This document shows positions 9,040-20,911 of a DNA stretch of 46,058 nt, in pieces. Source of the stretch: Sphingomonas sp. Its GTDB lineage: Bacteria; Pseudomonadota; Alphaproteobacteria; Sphingomonadales; Sphingomonadaceae. Each line of letters opens with the position of its first letter. Within the stretch, counting starts at the first letter, position 1. A program made the position numbers and the translations under genes. The stretch is from the NCBI GenBank assembly GCA_013817375.1, contig JACDCV010000001.1:1-46058 (forward strand). The letters run 5' to 3'. The notes beneath the pieces were generated by a model, which was not told where the DNA came from, made no database searches, and was given only the letters and a program-made list of their open reading frames with translations.

Positions 9040-11058
9040 TTAGCCGGGTTGCGACTTGCCCAGGTAGCGCGAAACGTGGACCGTGCCCTGCGTCGTGGGC
9101 TGCGGGCTCATCGTGTCATAAACGACGCTATTTTCGATCACCCGCTGCACATAGCCCCTCGTCTCCGTGAACGGGATCGCTTCGATCCAGCCGATCACGT
9201 CGACCCGGCCCCCGCGGGGATCGCCATAAGCGTTGACCCACTTGCGGGCATTGCCCGCGCCGGCATTGTAGCTGGCGACAGCGAGCGGGACATTATTGTC
9301 CCAGCTGTTGAGCATCCGCTGCAGATAGGCCGAGCCGAGCGCGACATTATAGTCGGGGTCATGGACGCGGCTGGTGCTGTAGCCCAGTCCGAGCTTGCCT
9401 GCCTGCTCGCGGGCGGTACCCGGCATCAGCTGCATCAGCCCGCGGGCGCCGGCATGGCTGATCGCATTGCGGTCGAACGAGCTTTCCTGGCGGGTCACGC
9501 CGTGAGCGAGCGACCAGGGGCTTCGAGGCCTGCTGCCAAGTGTCGGGAAGGCATCGCGCACGTAAAACGCGGTTCCGTCGTTGCGGGCCGACCGCGCGAC
9601 CCAGACGGCAAGGTCGGGGCGTCCAATCTGCCTCGACAGCTCGACCGCGAGCGAGCGCTCGGCCTGCGTGTCAACCGACTGGGAAAGCGCTCGGACGAAC
9701 TGCATCTGCTCGTCGGCGCGGCCTCCGTACATCATCTGACGGGTTGCCAGGACGAGGCTGTCGCGGGCGAAGGCAGCGCGAGCGGGGTCGCCCGGAGCCA
9801 CCGGCGGAGTAAAGCCAGGAGCAGGCACGGCGCGGCCGAGCCTCTCCAGCGCGAGCTGGCCGTAGAAGAGCTCCGGATAGGCGGCAGCGCGCTGGAAATA
9901 GGCACTGGCATCGGCCGGGCGACCGGCGCTCAGTGCTGCCCGGCCGGCCCAGTAAAAGCCCTTGCTGGCGACCTGAAGCGACTTGCCGCCATAAGCGTAG
10001 CGATAGAACATCGCGACGGCGTTCTGCGAATTGCCGATGCGGTCCAGCGCGGTCCGGCCGGCGAGCCAGGCGAGGCTCGTATAATGGTCGCGGACTCCAT
10101 AGCTCTGATCGCTAATCTGCGCCCCTTGCGGGAAGGCGTCGTCGAGCTGCCGGGCGATATTATAGGCAAGCTGGTACTGCCGGTCCTGAACAGCGCCATT
10201 GGCGAGTGCCAGGAGCATCTCGTACCAGCGCTCGGGATCGGCGGGACGCTCGGTAAACTGGTGGGGCTGGGCGGCGAGCGAGCGGGCGGAATTCTCATTG
10301 CCACCATCGCGAAGGTAGCGCAGCCGGTCCATCAGAAGCCCGGAATCGGCCGAGATCCTGTGAGCCGCTGCCCGATAGCGTGTCTCCGCATCGGGCCAGC
10401 GACCCTGCATTGCGACGCGCGCGGTGAAGGCGGGCTGCCGGTCGGCACTGGTGTAGGCCAGCAGCCGGTGAGCACTTGCGTGGTTCTTGTCGAACAAAAG
10501 TGAATCGACGCGCCGGTTATGCTCCTGCGGGGTAAAATAGCCGCCAAAACGGGCGAGAAGCGCACTCTCGTCGGTTCCGCTCAGACTTGCCGATGCCCAG
10601 GCTTCCTTTGCCGCGGTGATTGCCTCGGCGGTACGTCCGCCGGCGGCAAGCGCGTCCGCGTAGCGGGCCCAGCCATTGCCGCTCTGCGGCTTGTCGGTGC
10701 GATAGAAGCCCAGGACCAAGGACGCATTATCACCTGGGCGCATCGCGCGTTCGGCGGAACGGCGAAGCGCCGCCTCTCCGGGCCAGCCGTGATTTGAATT
10801 CAGGAAACGCGCATAATCGGCGAAGCCAAAGTTGCCGCCTTGCCGAAGAGTTCGCCAATAGCTGATCGCGGAATTGACGTTGGATGGCGCCGCCGCCTGT
10901 GCGACTGCCGCTGCAGCAGTCGGCGCAGCGCTCGTCTGAACTCCAGTTGCCGCAATTGCGGCCTGAAATGGAAGGATTGAAGGAGATTTGGCCGACGCCG
11001 AAGCTGCACAAGCCAATATGATCGGAATGAAAATTGTCGCTCTACCCATGCTGGACAT
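9040..11058 (-). CDS. Soluble lytic murein transglycosylase (Slt70-like)
   Basis: Signal peptide, helical-repeat region and C-terminal SLT domain (RQES, GARGLMQLMP, SYNAG, IPFTETRGYV). AAGGAGG precedes ATG 11058. Confidence 0.92.
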   Translation of the reverse strand: MSSMGRATIFIPIILACAASASAKSPSILPFQAAIAATGVQTSAAPTAAAAVAQAAAPSNVNSAISYWRTLRQGGNFGFADYARFLNSNHGWPGEAALRRSAERAMRPGDNASLVLGFYRTDKPQSGNGWARYADALAAGGRTAEAITAAKEAWASASLSGTDESALLARFGGYFTPQEHNRRVDSLLFDKNHASAHRLLAYTSADRQPAFTARVAMQGRWPDAETRYRAAAHRISADSGLLMDRLRYLRDGGNENSARSLAAQPHQFTERPADPERWYEMLLALANGAVQDRQYQLAYNIARQLDDAFPQGAQISDQSYGVRDHYTSLAWLAGRTALDRIGNSQNAVAMFYRYAYGGKSLQVASKGFYWAGRAALSAGRPADASAYFQRAAAYPELFYGQLALERLGRAVPAPGFTPPVAPGDPARAAFARDSLVLATRQMMYGGRADEQMQFVRALSQSVDTQAERSLAVELSRQIGRPDLAVWVARSARNDGTAFYVRDAFPTLGSRPRSPWSLAHGVTRQESSFDRNAISHAGARGLMQLMPGTAREQAGKLGLGYSTSRVHDPDYNVALGSAYLQRMLNSWDNNVPLAVASYNAGAGNARKWVNAYGDPRGGRVDVIGWIEAIPFTETRGYVQRVIENSVVYDTMSPQPTTQGTVHVSRYLGKSQPG

Positions 11059-11129
11059 TATGTCCGCCGCCTCCTTATCACACGCTGAACAGCGCTTGCT
11101 TTCCAACTCCCAAGTAGAGGAAAAAGGTC

Positions 11130-12005
11130 ATGTTTTTCGGCTCCATCCCGGCGCTGGTTACGCCCTTTTCCAGCGGCCGTGTCGATGAGGACACATTGCG
11201 CGAACTGGTCGGATGGCAGGTAGAGCAGGGGTCGGACGGCCTCGTGCCCTGCGGGACGACCGGCGAAAGCGCGACCATGACGGGCGCGGAACAAAAACGG
11301 GTGATCGAGGTGACGGTTGAGGCAGCCGAAGGCCGAATTCCAGTCATTGCAGGTTGCGGAAGTAACAGTGTCGCCATCGCAATCGACCATATGCGCGCTG
11401 CCAAACAGGCTGGCGCCGACGCAGCACTGATCGTCATGGGCTATTACAACAGGCCGAGCCAAAGTGGCCTGGTCGCCGCGTTCAAGGCCATGGGAGAAGC
11501 GTCCGAGCTTCCGATCATCGTCTACAACATCCCCGGCCGTGCGGTTGTCGACATCCTGCCCGAGACCATGGCCGAGATCGCAAAACTGCCCAATATCGCC
11601 GGAGTGAAGGACGCGACCGGCAACCTTGGCCGGGTCACTGCACAGCGCCTCGCCTGCGGGCCCGATTTCGTTCAGCTAAGCGGCAATGACGAGACCGCGC
11701 TCGCCTTCAACATTATGGGCGGGGTGGGGTGCATCTCGGTCACCGCCAACGTCGCCCCCAAGCTCTGCTCGGACTTTCAGAAGGCCACGCGCGAAGGCCG
11801 ATGGGAGGATGCCGTGAAACTCCAGGACCGGCTGTTCCCGCTTCACATGGCGATGTTCACAGATGCCTCGCCGGCTCCGGCCAAATATGCGCTGTCGCGG
11901 GTTCGGCCCGGCTTTCCAACTGAGGTCCGGCTTCCGCTGGTCGAGGCGTCGCCTGCGTCGAAGCGTGCTGTCGACGAGGCGCTCGAGCATGCCGGGGTAA
12001 TCTAG
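11130..12005 (+). CDS. dapA: 4-hydroxy-tetrahydrodipicolinate synthase
   Basis: ALVTPF, GTTGES, YNIPGR, GVKDATG and LSGND. Confidence 0.95.
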   Translation: MFFGSIPALVTPFSSGRVDEDTLRELVGWQVEQGSDGLVPCGTTGESATMTGAEQKRVIEVTVEAAEGRIPVIAGCGSNSVAIAIDHMRAAKQAGADAALIVMGYYNRPSQSGLVAAFKAMGEASELPIIVYNIPGRAVVDILPETMAEIAKLPNIAGVKDATGNLGRVTAQRLACGPDFVQLSGNDETALAFNIMGGVGCISVTANVAPKLCSDFQKATREGRWEDAVKLQDRLFPLHMAMFTDASPAPAKYALSRVRPGFPTEVRLPLVEASPASKRAVDEALEHAGVI

Positions 12006-12009
12006 CCGC

Positions 12010-12492
12010 ATGGCCAAGCCGCTTCCGCCGCCGTTCGACAAGGCCAGGATCGTCGCCGAGAACCGGCGCGCACGCTATGATTATTTCGTCGAGGATCGGT
12101 TCGAGGCTGGGATCGTGTTGACCGGGACCGAAGTGAAGTCGCTCCGCCAGGGCGAAGGCTCGATCGCCGAAAGCTACGCGACGGTGAACGGTGACGAAGT
12201 CTGGCTGATCAACAGCCACATTCCCGAATATAGCCACGGCAACAGGATGAACCACGAGCCTCGGCGGCAGCGCAAATTGCTGCTTTCGAAGCGCGAGATC
12301 GCCAAGCTCAATGGCGCGATCACTCGCCAGGGGCTGACGGTGGTTCCACTGTCGATCTACTTCAATGGCCGCGGCAAGGCGAAGATCGAGATCGCTCTCG
12401 CGCGCGGCAAGAAAGCGCATGACAAGCGCGAGACGATCAAGGAACGCGACTGGAATCGCGAGAAGCAGCGGCTGCTTCGGAGCAGCGGCTGA
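12010..12492 (+). CDS. smpB: SsrA-binding protein
   Basis: [28 protein letters not shown] and GKKAHDKRE. Confidence 0.97.
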   Translation: MAKPLPPPFDKARIVAENRRARYDYFVEDRFEAGIVLTGTEVKSLRQGEGSIAESYATVNGDEVWLINSHIPEYSHGNRMNHEPRRQRKLLLSKREIAKLNGAITRQGLTVVPLSIYFNGRGKAKIEIALARGKKAHDKRETIKERDWNREKQRLLRSSG

Positions 12493-12537
12493 GCGGCGCA
12501 TCTTCTGCAATCGGGCATCGCGCTTCGGCGAGCGGCT

Positions 12538-12567
12538 TTGACGGCTTTCCCCGGCGGCTCCTATGAT
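12538..12567 (+). promoter_or_regulatory. Candidate sigma70 promoter of the M13 peptidase gene
   Basis: TTGACG-N18-TATGAT, 25 nt upstream of the ATG. Confidence 0.4.
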
Positions 12568-12592
12568 CGACGAATTGAAGGAGATTCATTTC

Positions 12593-14695
12593 ATGCGTTC
12601 AGTGATCGTCGCTCTTGCTGCCGGAACCATCCTTGGCGGCTGCGCCACGCGTTCAGCCGACATCGTCCCGCCCGCTCAAACGGCGATGGCGGTCCCGACC
12701 GAACCGGTTGCTGCCGTTGCGGCTGTGGAAAAGCCGGAGATTGGAACGTTCGGATTCGATGTCGCGGGGATGGACCGGTCGGCTGCTCCGGGGGGCGACT
12801 GGGTGCAGTTTGCCAACGGCACCTATCTCCGGACGCTCGAAATCCCCGCCGACCGCGCCGCTTATGGGATGTTCACGAGGCTCGACGAGCTTTCGCGTGA
12901 GCGCACCCGCGAGATCGTCGAGGCCTCGGCCAAGTCGAATTCTCCGGTCGGCACCAACGCCCAGAAGGTCGGTGATTTCTACAACGCCTTCATGAATGAA
13001 GCGGCGATCGAAGCGCTTGGGGCTGCGCCGCTGGTTGAGGACCTCGCACCATTCCAGTCGGCTAGCAGCAAGTCGGACTTCGCCCGCGCTCTGGGCGATT
13101 CGCTCGACGGCTTCGGGCCTGGGCTGTTCCCCTTCTACATCAACCAGGACGCCAAGAACCCCGAGCGCTATATCCCGGTCTTCCTCCAGGGCGGCCTGGG
13201 AATGCCGGATCGCGATTATTATCTGTCGGCGGATTCAAAGCTGGTCGATGCGCGCACCAAATATGTCGGCCACGTCGCCAAGGTGCTGACGCTTGCTGGC
13301 GTTGCGTCCGGACAGGCGGCCGCGAAGGCGCGAGCCGTCGTCGATTTCGAGAGGAAACTCGCCCAGGTCCACTGGACTCGAGTGGAAAGCCGCGACGACG
13401 ACAAGACCTATAATAAATGGTCGCGCGCCGACTTTGCGAGCAAGGCCCCGGGGTTCGACTGGAACGCCTATCTCAATGCCGCGGGCCTCGGCCAGCAGCA
13501 GGAATTCATCGTTTCCCAGCCGAGCGCTTTTGCCGGCATGGCCAAGATCATCGCCGCAACGCCGCTCCAGACACTGAAGGACTGGGCGGCGCTTCACACT
13601 GCACGCGACGCCGCCGGAGTGCTTCCCAAGGCTTTTGTCGAGGAGCGATTCGATTTCACTGGCCGGGTGCTTTCGGGAACGCCGGAGCTCGAGCCGCGCT
13701 GGAAGCGCGGAGTGAGCGCTGTCAACAATTCCATCGGTGAGGCCGTCGGCGAGCTCTACGTCGCCCGCTATTTCCCGCCGGAGACCAAGGCCGAGGCCGA
13801 CCGGCTCGTCCGCAACCTCATCGCCTCCATGGACACCCGGCTAGCCAACCTTCCGTGGATGACCCCCGAGACCAAGACCAAGGCACGCGCCAAGCTCGCC
13901 TCGTTCCGGGCAAAAATCGGCTATCCCGACAAGTGGATCGACTATTCGACTCTCACGGTTGCCCCCGACGATGCCTATAGCAATTTCGAGCGGGCGACTG
14001 CCTTTGAGTATCGGCGCAATCTCGACAAGCTCGGCGAGCCCGTCGACCGCGAAGAATGGTTCATGACCCCGATGACGGTCAACGCCTACGCCAATCCGCC
14101 AATGAACGAGATCGTCTTCCCGGCCGCGATCCTGCAGCCGCCGTTCTTCGACCCCAATGCTGACGATGCAATCAACTATGGCGGCATCGGAGCGGTGATC
14201 GGGCACGAGATCAGCCATCATTTCGACGACCAGGGCCGCAAATATGACGCTCAAGGGCGGCTGACCGACTGGTGGACTCCAGCCGACGTCACGGCCTTCG
14301 AGGCCTATGCGACGCAACTTGCCGACCAGTACAGCCTCTATGAGCCGCTCCCCAATGTGTTCATCAACGGGCGCCTGGCGCTTGGCGAAAACATCGCCGA
14401 TCTGGCCGGGCTGCTGGTTGCCCACGACGCTTACCGGCTGTCGCTCGGCGGCCGGCAAGCGCCGGTGATCGACGGCTTCACCGGCGACCAAAGATTCTTT
14501 CTTGGTCACGCGCAGATCTGGCGCAACAAGTATCGCGAAGCGGCGCTCAGGCAGCAGCTGGTGACCGGCCCCCATTCGCCGGGACATTTCCGGCCATATG
14601 TGGTTCGCAACCTCGATGCCTGGTATCCCGCCTTCGACGTGGACCCGCAGAACAAACTCTATCTGCCGCCTGAGCAAAGGGTCCGGGTATGGTAG
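12593..14695 (+). CDS. M13-family (neprilysin/PepO-like) zinc metallopeptidase, lipoprotein
   Basis: ILGGC lipobox, VNAY, HEISH and GENIAD. GAAGGAG RBS before ATG 12593. Confidence 0.93.
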   Translation: MRSVIVALAAGTILGGCATRSADIVPPAQTAMAVPTEPVAAVAAVEKPEIGTFGFDVAGMDRSAAPGGDWVQFANGTYLRTLEIPADRAAYGMFTRLDELSRERTREIVEASAKSNSPVGTNAQKVGDFYNAFMNEAAIEALGAAPLVEDLAPFQSASSKSDFARALGDSLDGFGPGLFPFYINQDAKNPERYIPVFLQGGLGMPDRDYYLSADSKLVDARTKYVGHVAKVLTLAGVASGQAAAKARAVVDFERKLAQVHWTRVESRDDDKTYNKWSRADFASKAPGFDWNAYLNAAGLGQQQEFIVSQPSAFAGMAKIIAATPLQTLKDWAALHTARDAAGVLPKAFVEERFDFTGRVLSGTPELEPRWKRGVSAVNNSIGEAVGELYVARYFPPETKAEADRLVRNLIASMDTRLANLPWMTPETKTKARAKLASFRAKIGYPDKWIDYSTLTVAPDDAYSNFERATAFEYRRNLDKLGEPVDREEWFMTPMTVNAYANPPMNEIVFPAAILQPPFFDPNADDAINYGGIGAVIGHEISHHFDDQGRKYDAQGRLTDWWTPADVTAFEAYATQLADQYSLYEPLPNVFINGRLALGENIADLAGLLVAHDAYRLSLGGRQAPVIDGFTGDQRFFLGHAQIWRNKYREAALRQQLVTGPHSPGHFRPYVVRNLDAWYPAFDVDPQNKLYLPPEQRVRVW

Positions 14696-14712
14696 CGAGG
14701 CGAGCAGCCTAG

Positions 14713-17097
14713 ATGCTCCAGCAGGAGCTCCCGCTCCTCGATTCGCGGCCGGTCGACGGCGCGTCGCGCTGGCTAATCCCCGCAATCGCCGTCGCCTCCG
14801 CGCTTACCGGAGCGGGGATCCTCTGGATTGCCGGCTCAGGCGTTGCGGCGCTCCTGTTCCTTGGTGTTGCAGCCGCGGCCTTATGCGCGGTCTTCCTGGT
14901 TCGGCGTGGCAATCCCGTGCCCCCCGACCTCCAGCAGCTCGTCGCAGCGCCGGACTTTTCACTGGTCGGGGCAATGCTTGGCCTCACCCGGGATGCAGCG
15001 GCGTTGACCAGCGCCGACGGGACTTTGCTGGCGGCAAACAGCTGCTATCGCGAACGGTTCGACGGACGGCGGCCCGACACGCTTCCGTCCGACAGCGATT
15101 CAGCTCAGGCGCTCGCGGCTGCCCGGACGATGGCCTGGCGCGACGGCGGCGGTTGCGCGAGCGGAATCGTGACTGAAGCCGGCTGCTTTGCAGTGGAGAT
15201 CGAAAAGGCCGGCGCCAGGAGCGACCTGCTGCTGTGGAGGTTCCTCAAACCCGTCACCAGCGACCCGGTCGCACTCTCCGTCGCCCGGCTTCGCGGCAAG
15301 GCGGGCGAGCTTTTAGGGAATGCGGGCGTGCTTGCTGCTTTCGTCGACCCGCAAGGCAAGCTTCTGTCATCTAACTCGGCATTCGACTCCAGGGCATTGT
15401 CCGGCCGCGGCACTAACGCGGGCGCCAGCCTGGCCGAGCTCGTTCAGGTCGGCGAGGAGGGGCTGTGCCGGCTCGTCGCGGAGGGCGAGATCGGCCGTCC
15501 GCTTCGAGCGGTCCACATCCCGCTCGATGCGCCCGGGCTCGAGGATTATGGCAACTTCTACCTGTTCGACAGTCCCGACACCTTGCCGCTGTCGAGCTCC
15601 CAGCATCTTCAGGCGATGCTCGACATCCTTCCGATCGGCCTTGCGCTCGCCGACAGGGACGGCCGCTTCCTGACGATGAACGACGCGTTCGGGATCGCTG
15701 CGGGGATCAAGGGTACCCGCGCGGTCTATCCGGGCGATCTCGTCGTCAAGGAAGACAAGGCCGCGGTTGCGGACGCGGTTCGAAGGCACGCGCGCGGCCC
15801 GGCAATGTCGGGCGACTTTGCGGTCCGCCTGGCCAAAGGTCCCAAGGAGCCGGTGGCCCTGACGATCGCCGGACTCCGCGGCCTCGGCGACGCTGCAGTG
15901 CTTCTGCTGCTCAAGGACAATAGCGAGGAAGCCAAGCTCAAGCGGCAGGTCGCGCAGGCGACGAAGATGCAGGCGGTCGGCCAGCTCGCCGGCGGAGTGG
16001 CTCACGATTTCAACAATATCCTGACCGCCATCATCGGCCATTGCGACCTGATGCTGATGCGGCACACGCCCGGCGACAGCGACTATGACGATATCCAGCA
16101 GATCAAGTCGAACTCCAACCGCGCAGCCGGGCTGACCCGCCAGCTGCTGGCCTTTTCCCGCCAGCAGACGCTTCGGCCGCAGGTGCTTCAGCTGACCGAC
16201 GTCGTCGCCGAGGTCTCGCACTTGCTCAAACGGTTGCTGGGCGAAACGGTGAAGCTTGTCGTGAAGCACGGCCGCAACCTGGGACCGGTGCGTGCCGACC
16301 CGGGGCAGCTTGAGCAGGTCATCGTCAACCTCGCCGTCAATGCGCGCGACGCAATGGCGGGCGAGGGCGGCGGGACGCTGACGATCCAGACCTATGCCGT
16401 CCTCTCCGACCAGGTCGCCGAGCTTGGCTCCGACATCCTGCCGATCGCCGACTATAGTGCCTTGTCGGTGGCCGACACCGGCTGTGGGATCCCGCCGAAC
16501 GTGCTCGGCAAGATTTTCGAGCCATTCTTCACCACCAAGGAAGTGGGCAAGGGAACCGGCCTCGGCCTCTCGACCGTTTACGGGATCGTCAAGCAGTCGG
16601 GCGGCTTCATCTTCGCCGATTCCAAGGTCGGGGAGGGGACTCGCTTCGTCATCTATTTGCCGGTGAACCGGGCGGAGGCGGAGGCCGGCAAGGCCCCGCG
16701 CGGACCAAAGCCAAAGGAGCACGAACTGTGGGGAAGCGGAACCGTTCTGCTGGTCGAGGACGAGCCGATGGTGCGCACCGTGGCCGAGCGGGCGCTGACC
16801 CGCCACGGCTACACCGTGATCACGGCCAGCAATGGCGAGGAGGCGCTTGAGGTCATCGAGCGCGGCGGCGAGATCGCGCTTCTGATCAGCGACGTGGTGA
16901 TGCCGGCGATGGACGGGCCAACGATGGTCCGGGAAGCGCGCAAGACCAGACCCGATCTGCCGATCCTGTTCATGTCCGGCTATGCCGAGGAGCAATTGAG
17001 GAAATCGATCGACCTCGACAAAGTCGCATTTTTGCCAAAACCCTTCTCCGTGCAGGAGCTTGCGGAGGCGGCGCGCAAGGCCCTTGCCGTCAAATAA
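14713..17097 (+). CDS. cckA: Hybrid histidine kinase CckA
   Basis: Two N-terminal TM helices, PAS-like regions, [43 protein letters not shown] and a C-terminal receiver (SDVVMP, MSGYAEE). Upstream of recA, as is common in alphaproteobacteria. Confidence 0.88.
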   Translation: MLQQELPLLDSRPVDGASRWLIPAIAVASALTGAGILWIAGSGVAALLFLGVAAAALCAVFLVRRGNPVPPDLQQLVAAPDFSLVGAMLGLTRDAAALTSADGTLLAANSCYRERFDGRRPDTLPSDSDSAQALAAARTMAWRDGGGCASGIVTEAGCFAVEIEKAGARSDLLLWRFLKPVTSDPVALSVARLRGKAGELLGNAGVLAAFVDPQGKLLSSNSAFDSRALSGRGTNAGASLAELVQVGEEGLCRLVAEGEIGRPLRAVHIPLDAPGLEDYGNFYLFDSPDTLPLSSSQHLQAMLDILPIGLALADRDGRFLTMNDAFGIAAGIKGTRAVYPGDLVVKEDKAAVADAVRRHARGPAMSGDFAVRLAKGPKEPVALTIAGLRGLGDAAVLLLLKDNSEEAKLKRQVAQATKMQAVGQLAGGVAHDFNNILTAIIGHCDLMLMRHTPGDSDYDDIQQIKSNSNRAAGLTRQLLAFSRQQTLRPQVLQLTDVVAEVSHLLKRLLGETVKLVVKHGRNLGPVRADPGQLEQVIVNLAVNARDAMAGEGGGTLTIQTYAVLSDQVAELGSDILPIADYSALSVADTGCGIPPNVLGKIFEPFFTTKEVGKGTGLGLSTVYGIVKQSGGFIFADSKVGEGTRFVIYLPVNRAEAEAGKAPRGPKPKEHELWGSGTVLLVEDEPMVRTVAERALTRHGYTVITASNGEEALEVIERGGEIALLISDVVMPAMDGPTMVREARKTRPDLPILFMSGYAEEQLRKSIDLDKVAFLPKPFSVQELAEAARKALAVK

Positions 17098-17136
17098 ACC
17101 TTGCCCCACGAAATCATCGCTATATTCGAGCCGCTT

Positions 17137-17493
17137 ATGAGCGAGCAGCGATCCATTCTTGTCGTCGAAGACGAGCCCCTGATCGCGATGATGCTCGAGG
17201 ATTTTCTCGAAACGCTCGGCCACCGGGTGCATGCAAGCTGCGACAGCGTCGCCCAGGCCATAAGCGAGGCTGAAAAGGGCGGGTTCGATATCGCCATCCT
17301 CGACGTGAACCTGGGGGGCGAGACGGCATGGCCGGTTGCCCGCAAGCTTCGCGAAAAACAGATACCGTTCGTGATCGCCACAGGAGGTCACGTCGATCCG
17401 CCGCCGGTCGAGTTCGCCAACGTTCCGGTGATCGAAAAGCCTTATACGGTCGACCGGGTGTCACCGGCACTCGAGGCCGCACTCGCCGGCTGA
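17137..17493 (+). CDS. Single-domain response regulator (FAT GUY-like)
   Basis: VVEDE, ILDVNL, PFVIATGG and EKPY; no output domain. Confidence 0.88.
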   Translation: MSEQRSILVVEDEPLIAMMLEDFLETLGHRVHASCDSVAQAISEAEKGGFDIAILDVNLGGETAWPVARKLREKQIPFVIATGGHVDPPPVEFANVPVIEKPYTVDRVSPALEAALAG

Positions 17494-17557
17494 GCGCCAG
17501 GCCCGCCGCTCCGGCGCGGCGAAGCTGGCGCTTGCGGCGCTGCTCCTTCTCACTGCA

Positions 17558-18319
17558 TTGGTGGCCGCAATGGCTTTTTCGATCGACGAACTGATTTTCC
17601 CTGCCCATGCGGTCAGCGCCCCGGGTCCGCTTCCTCCAGGCGCAAAACGTTTCAGCATCGACGCTGCTGGCGGCGCGGAGTTGCACGGGGTCCACATCCC
17701 GCCCGTCAGCAAGAGCCGCGGGGGCGGGACCTTGGTGATCGGGTTCGGAGGCAATGCCTGGAACGGCGAGGACGTGGGCTCCTATTTGCACGAAGCCTAT
17801 CCGGATGCCGACGTGGTGGCCTTTCACTATCGCGGCTACCGGCCTTCGACGGGCAGCCCGTCCGCCGACGCTTTGGTGAGCGACGCCCCGTTCGTCCTCG
17901 AAACGGCGATGGAGCAAGTGAAGGCGAAGCGGGTGGTGGTGGTCGGTTTCAGCATCGGCACAGGCATTGCGGCGAGCCTGGCGAAGAGCGGCAAAGTTGA
18001 CGGCATGATCCTCGTAACCCCGTTCGATTCGCTAAAGTCTGTTGCTCAGGACCTTTATCCCTTCGTCCCTGGTATCGGCCTGCTGTTCCGCCACGAGCTC
18101 GATTCGGCCGAATTCCTCAAGGGCAGCAAAGTCCCCGTCGCGATTGTCGCAGCCGAGCTTGACCAGATCATCCTGCCGCGGCGAACCGACTCGCTTCGGG
18201 CCAGGGTGCCGAACCTTGTGTACGACCGAAGCATCGCCGGGGCGGGGCATAATGACATCTATGCCCGCTCCGATTTCCTGCAGGCGATGGACGAGGCCTT
18301 CGAGGCCGTCACGGCCTAA
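17558..18319 (+). CDS. Alpha/beta hydrolase (ABHD13-like)
   Basis: FGGNA, YRGY, nucleophile GFSIG and GHND. Start uncertain. Confidence 0.85.
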   Translation: MVAAMAFSIDELIFPAHAVSAPGPLPPGAKRFSIDAAGGAELHGVHIPPVSKSRGGGTLVIGFGGNAWNGEDVGSYLHEAYPDADVVAFHYRGYRPSTGSPSADALVSDAPFVLETAMEQVKAKRVVVVGFSIGTGIAASLAKSGKVDGMILVTPFDSLKSVAQDLYPFVPGIGLLFRHELDSAEFLKGSKVPVAIVAAELDQIILPRRTDSLRARVPNLVYDRSIAGAGHNDIYARSDFLQAMDEAFEAVTA

Positions 18320-18322
18320 TTC

Positions 18323-18357
18323 GTTCCCCCCTTGTTCTACCAGAACAAACGAGGTAC
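18323..18357 (+). promoter_or_regulatory. Two alphaproteobacterial LexA (SOS) boxes upstream of recA
   Basis: GTTC-N7-GTTC at 18323-18337 and GAAC-N7-GTAC at 18343-18357. Confidence 0.88.
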
Positions 18358-18441
18358 AGACAGTGTTTCGCAGGGCGGAGCTCGGCTGCCCAGGGATCAG
18401 GTGAAATCGGCGCGAAGCCGATTGACGAAGGGGTGAACGGC

Positions 18442-19527
<1,086 letters not shown>

Positions 19528-19573
19528 GGACTAAAGGAGTACGGCCTCGGTCACGGCGCTTTTTTCCAAGCGC

Positions 19574-20848
19574 CTAGCCGAGGTCCTCCGGCACCGACGG
19601 CGGAAGTCGGTTGCCGGTATCGACCTGGATTGCAGCGAACAGCCGCTTCGGCTCGGTCAAGCCGACGATCACCACCGCGACGATTGCACAGCCGGCGACT
19701 CCGACCAAAAATGGGGTCGCAGTCCCGTCGAATGCCTGGCCGATTAGGAATCCGAGGATCGCCGCCCCGATGGTGCTGGTGGTACCCTGGACCGAAGAAG
19801 CGGTTCCGGCGATCGGCGCCATATGCTCCATCGCCAGGGTGCTGAGATTGGATGATGTGAAAGCGAAGCAGCACATCGCCAGCGCCTGAAGGATGATGAA
19901 GCTGGCGAGCGTCTCATTGCCGGAAAGCGCTAGCGCCGCGTGCGCGCAGGCGACGAGAGCGAAGGCAACCGCCGCGCTGTGGCCGACCCGGCGAAGGCCG
20001 AAGCGGCCGACGACCCGCGAATTGGCCCACGAGGCGAGCGCCATCGGCGCCGCGATCGCGCCGAACACGAGCCCGATCAGCTGCGGCTTTCCGAACGCAT
20101 CGAAAACGATCTGCTGGATCGAGGCGATATAGGCGACGAGAGTGGCGAAGGTGAGCGTCAGCGCCAGGGTATAGCCGCGCGATTGTGGCTCGCGGATGGT
20201 CTCCCACGCTGCCGCGCCGACCACCCGCCAGTTCAGCGAGCGCCGATATTCGGGGCGGAGCGTCTCCGGAAGCCTGAGCCACGACCAGGTCAGCATGATC
20301 GCCGCATAGACCCCCAGAACGATGAAGATCGTTTGCCATGGAGCGAACAGGAGAATCGCCTGGCCGATGTTGGGCGCAAGCACCGGAACGACCATGAACA
20401 CCATGAAGACCAGGCTCATCACCCGCGCCATGGCCTCGGCTTCGAACAGGTCGCGCACCATGGTCACCACCAGCACCCGGGTCACGGCGGCCGAAGCCCC
20501 CTGCAGCGCCCGCCCTGCGAGCAGCAGCTCGAAGCTTTGGGCAAAGGCGCAAAGCAAGGCGAAGAAACCGTAGAGAAGCACCCCGGCGGCCAGTACCGGC
20601 TTGCGCCCGAAGCGGTCGGCAAGCGGGCCCCAGACCAGCTGGGTCGAGCCGAAGCCAAGCATATAGGCGACCACCACCAGCTGCCGGTGGTTTTCCTCCT
20701 CGACGCCGAGCGATCGGCCGATGTCGGGCAGCGCCGGGATCATCACGTCGATGGCGAGCGCGTTGAGCGCCATCAGCCCGGCGAGAAGCGCAATCGTCTC
20801 GCGTGGGCCCGGGCGCCGAACGCCGTCATCTGTTGCCGAATCGGACAT
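19574..20848 (-). CDS. Bcr/CflA-family multidrug efflux MFS transporter
   Basis: LAIDVMIPALP, GPLADRFGRKPV, VRDLF and LPETL; about 12 TM segments. Confidence 0.9.
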   Translation of the reverse strand: MSDSATDDGVRRPGPRETIALLAGLMALNALAIDVMIPALPDIGRSLGVEEENHRQLVVVAYMLGFGSTQLVWGPLADRFGRKPVLAAGVLLYGFFALLCAFAQSFELLLAGRALQGASAAVTRVLVVTMVRDLFEAEAMARVMSLVFMVFMVVPVLAPNIGQAILLFAPWQTIFIVLGVYAAIMLTWSWLRLPETLRPEYRRSLNWRVVGAAAWETIREPQSRGYTLALTLTFATLVAYIASIQQIVFDAFGKPQLIGLVFGAIAAPMALASWANSRVVGRFGLRRVGHSAAVAFALVACAHAALALSGNETLASFIILQALAMCCFAFTSSNLSTLAMEHMAPIAGTASSVQGTTSTIGAAILGFLIGQAFDGTATPFLVGVAGCAIVAVVIVGLTEPKRLFAAIQVDTGNRLPPSVPEDLG

Positions 20849-20911
20849 GGGGAGCCGCCTGCTGGCCCAGGAACGATTGCCGTGCAACAAGGGCCGCGCA
20901 AAGGAGGAGCA

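Noticed and set aside
19528-19573. AAGGAG after recA and a GGCGCTT/AAGCGCC hairpin
   Set aside because: No start codon follows at usable spacing. The hairpin is weak and at most an ordinary terminator between convergent genes.
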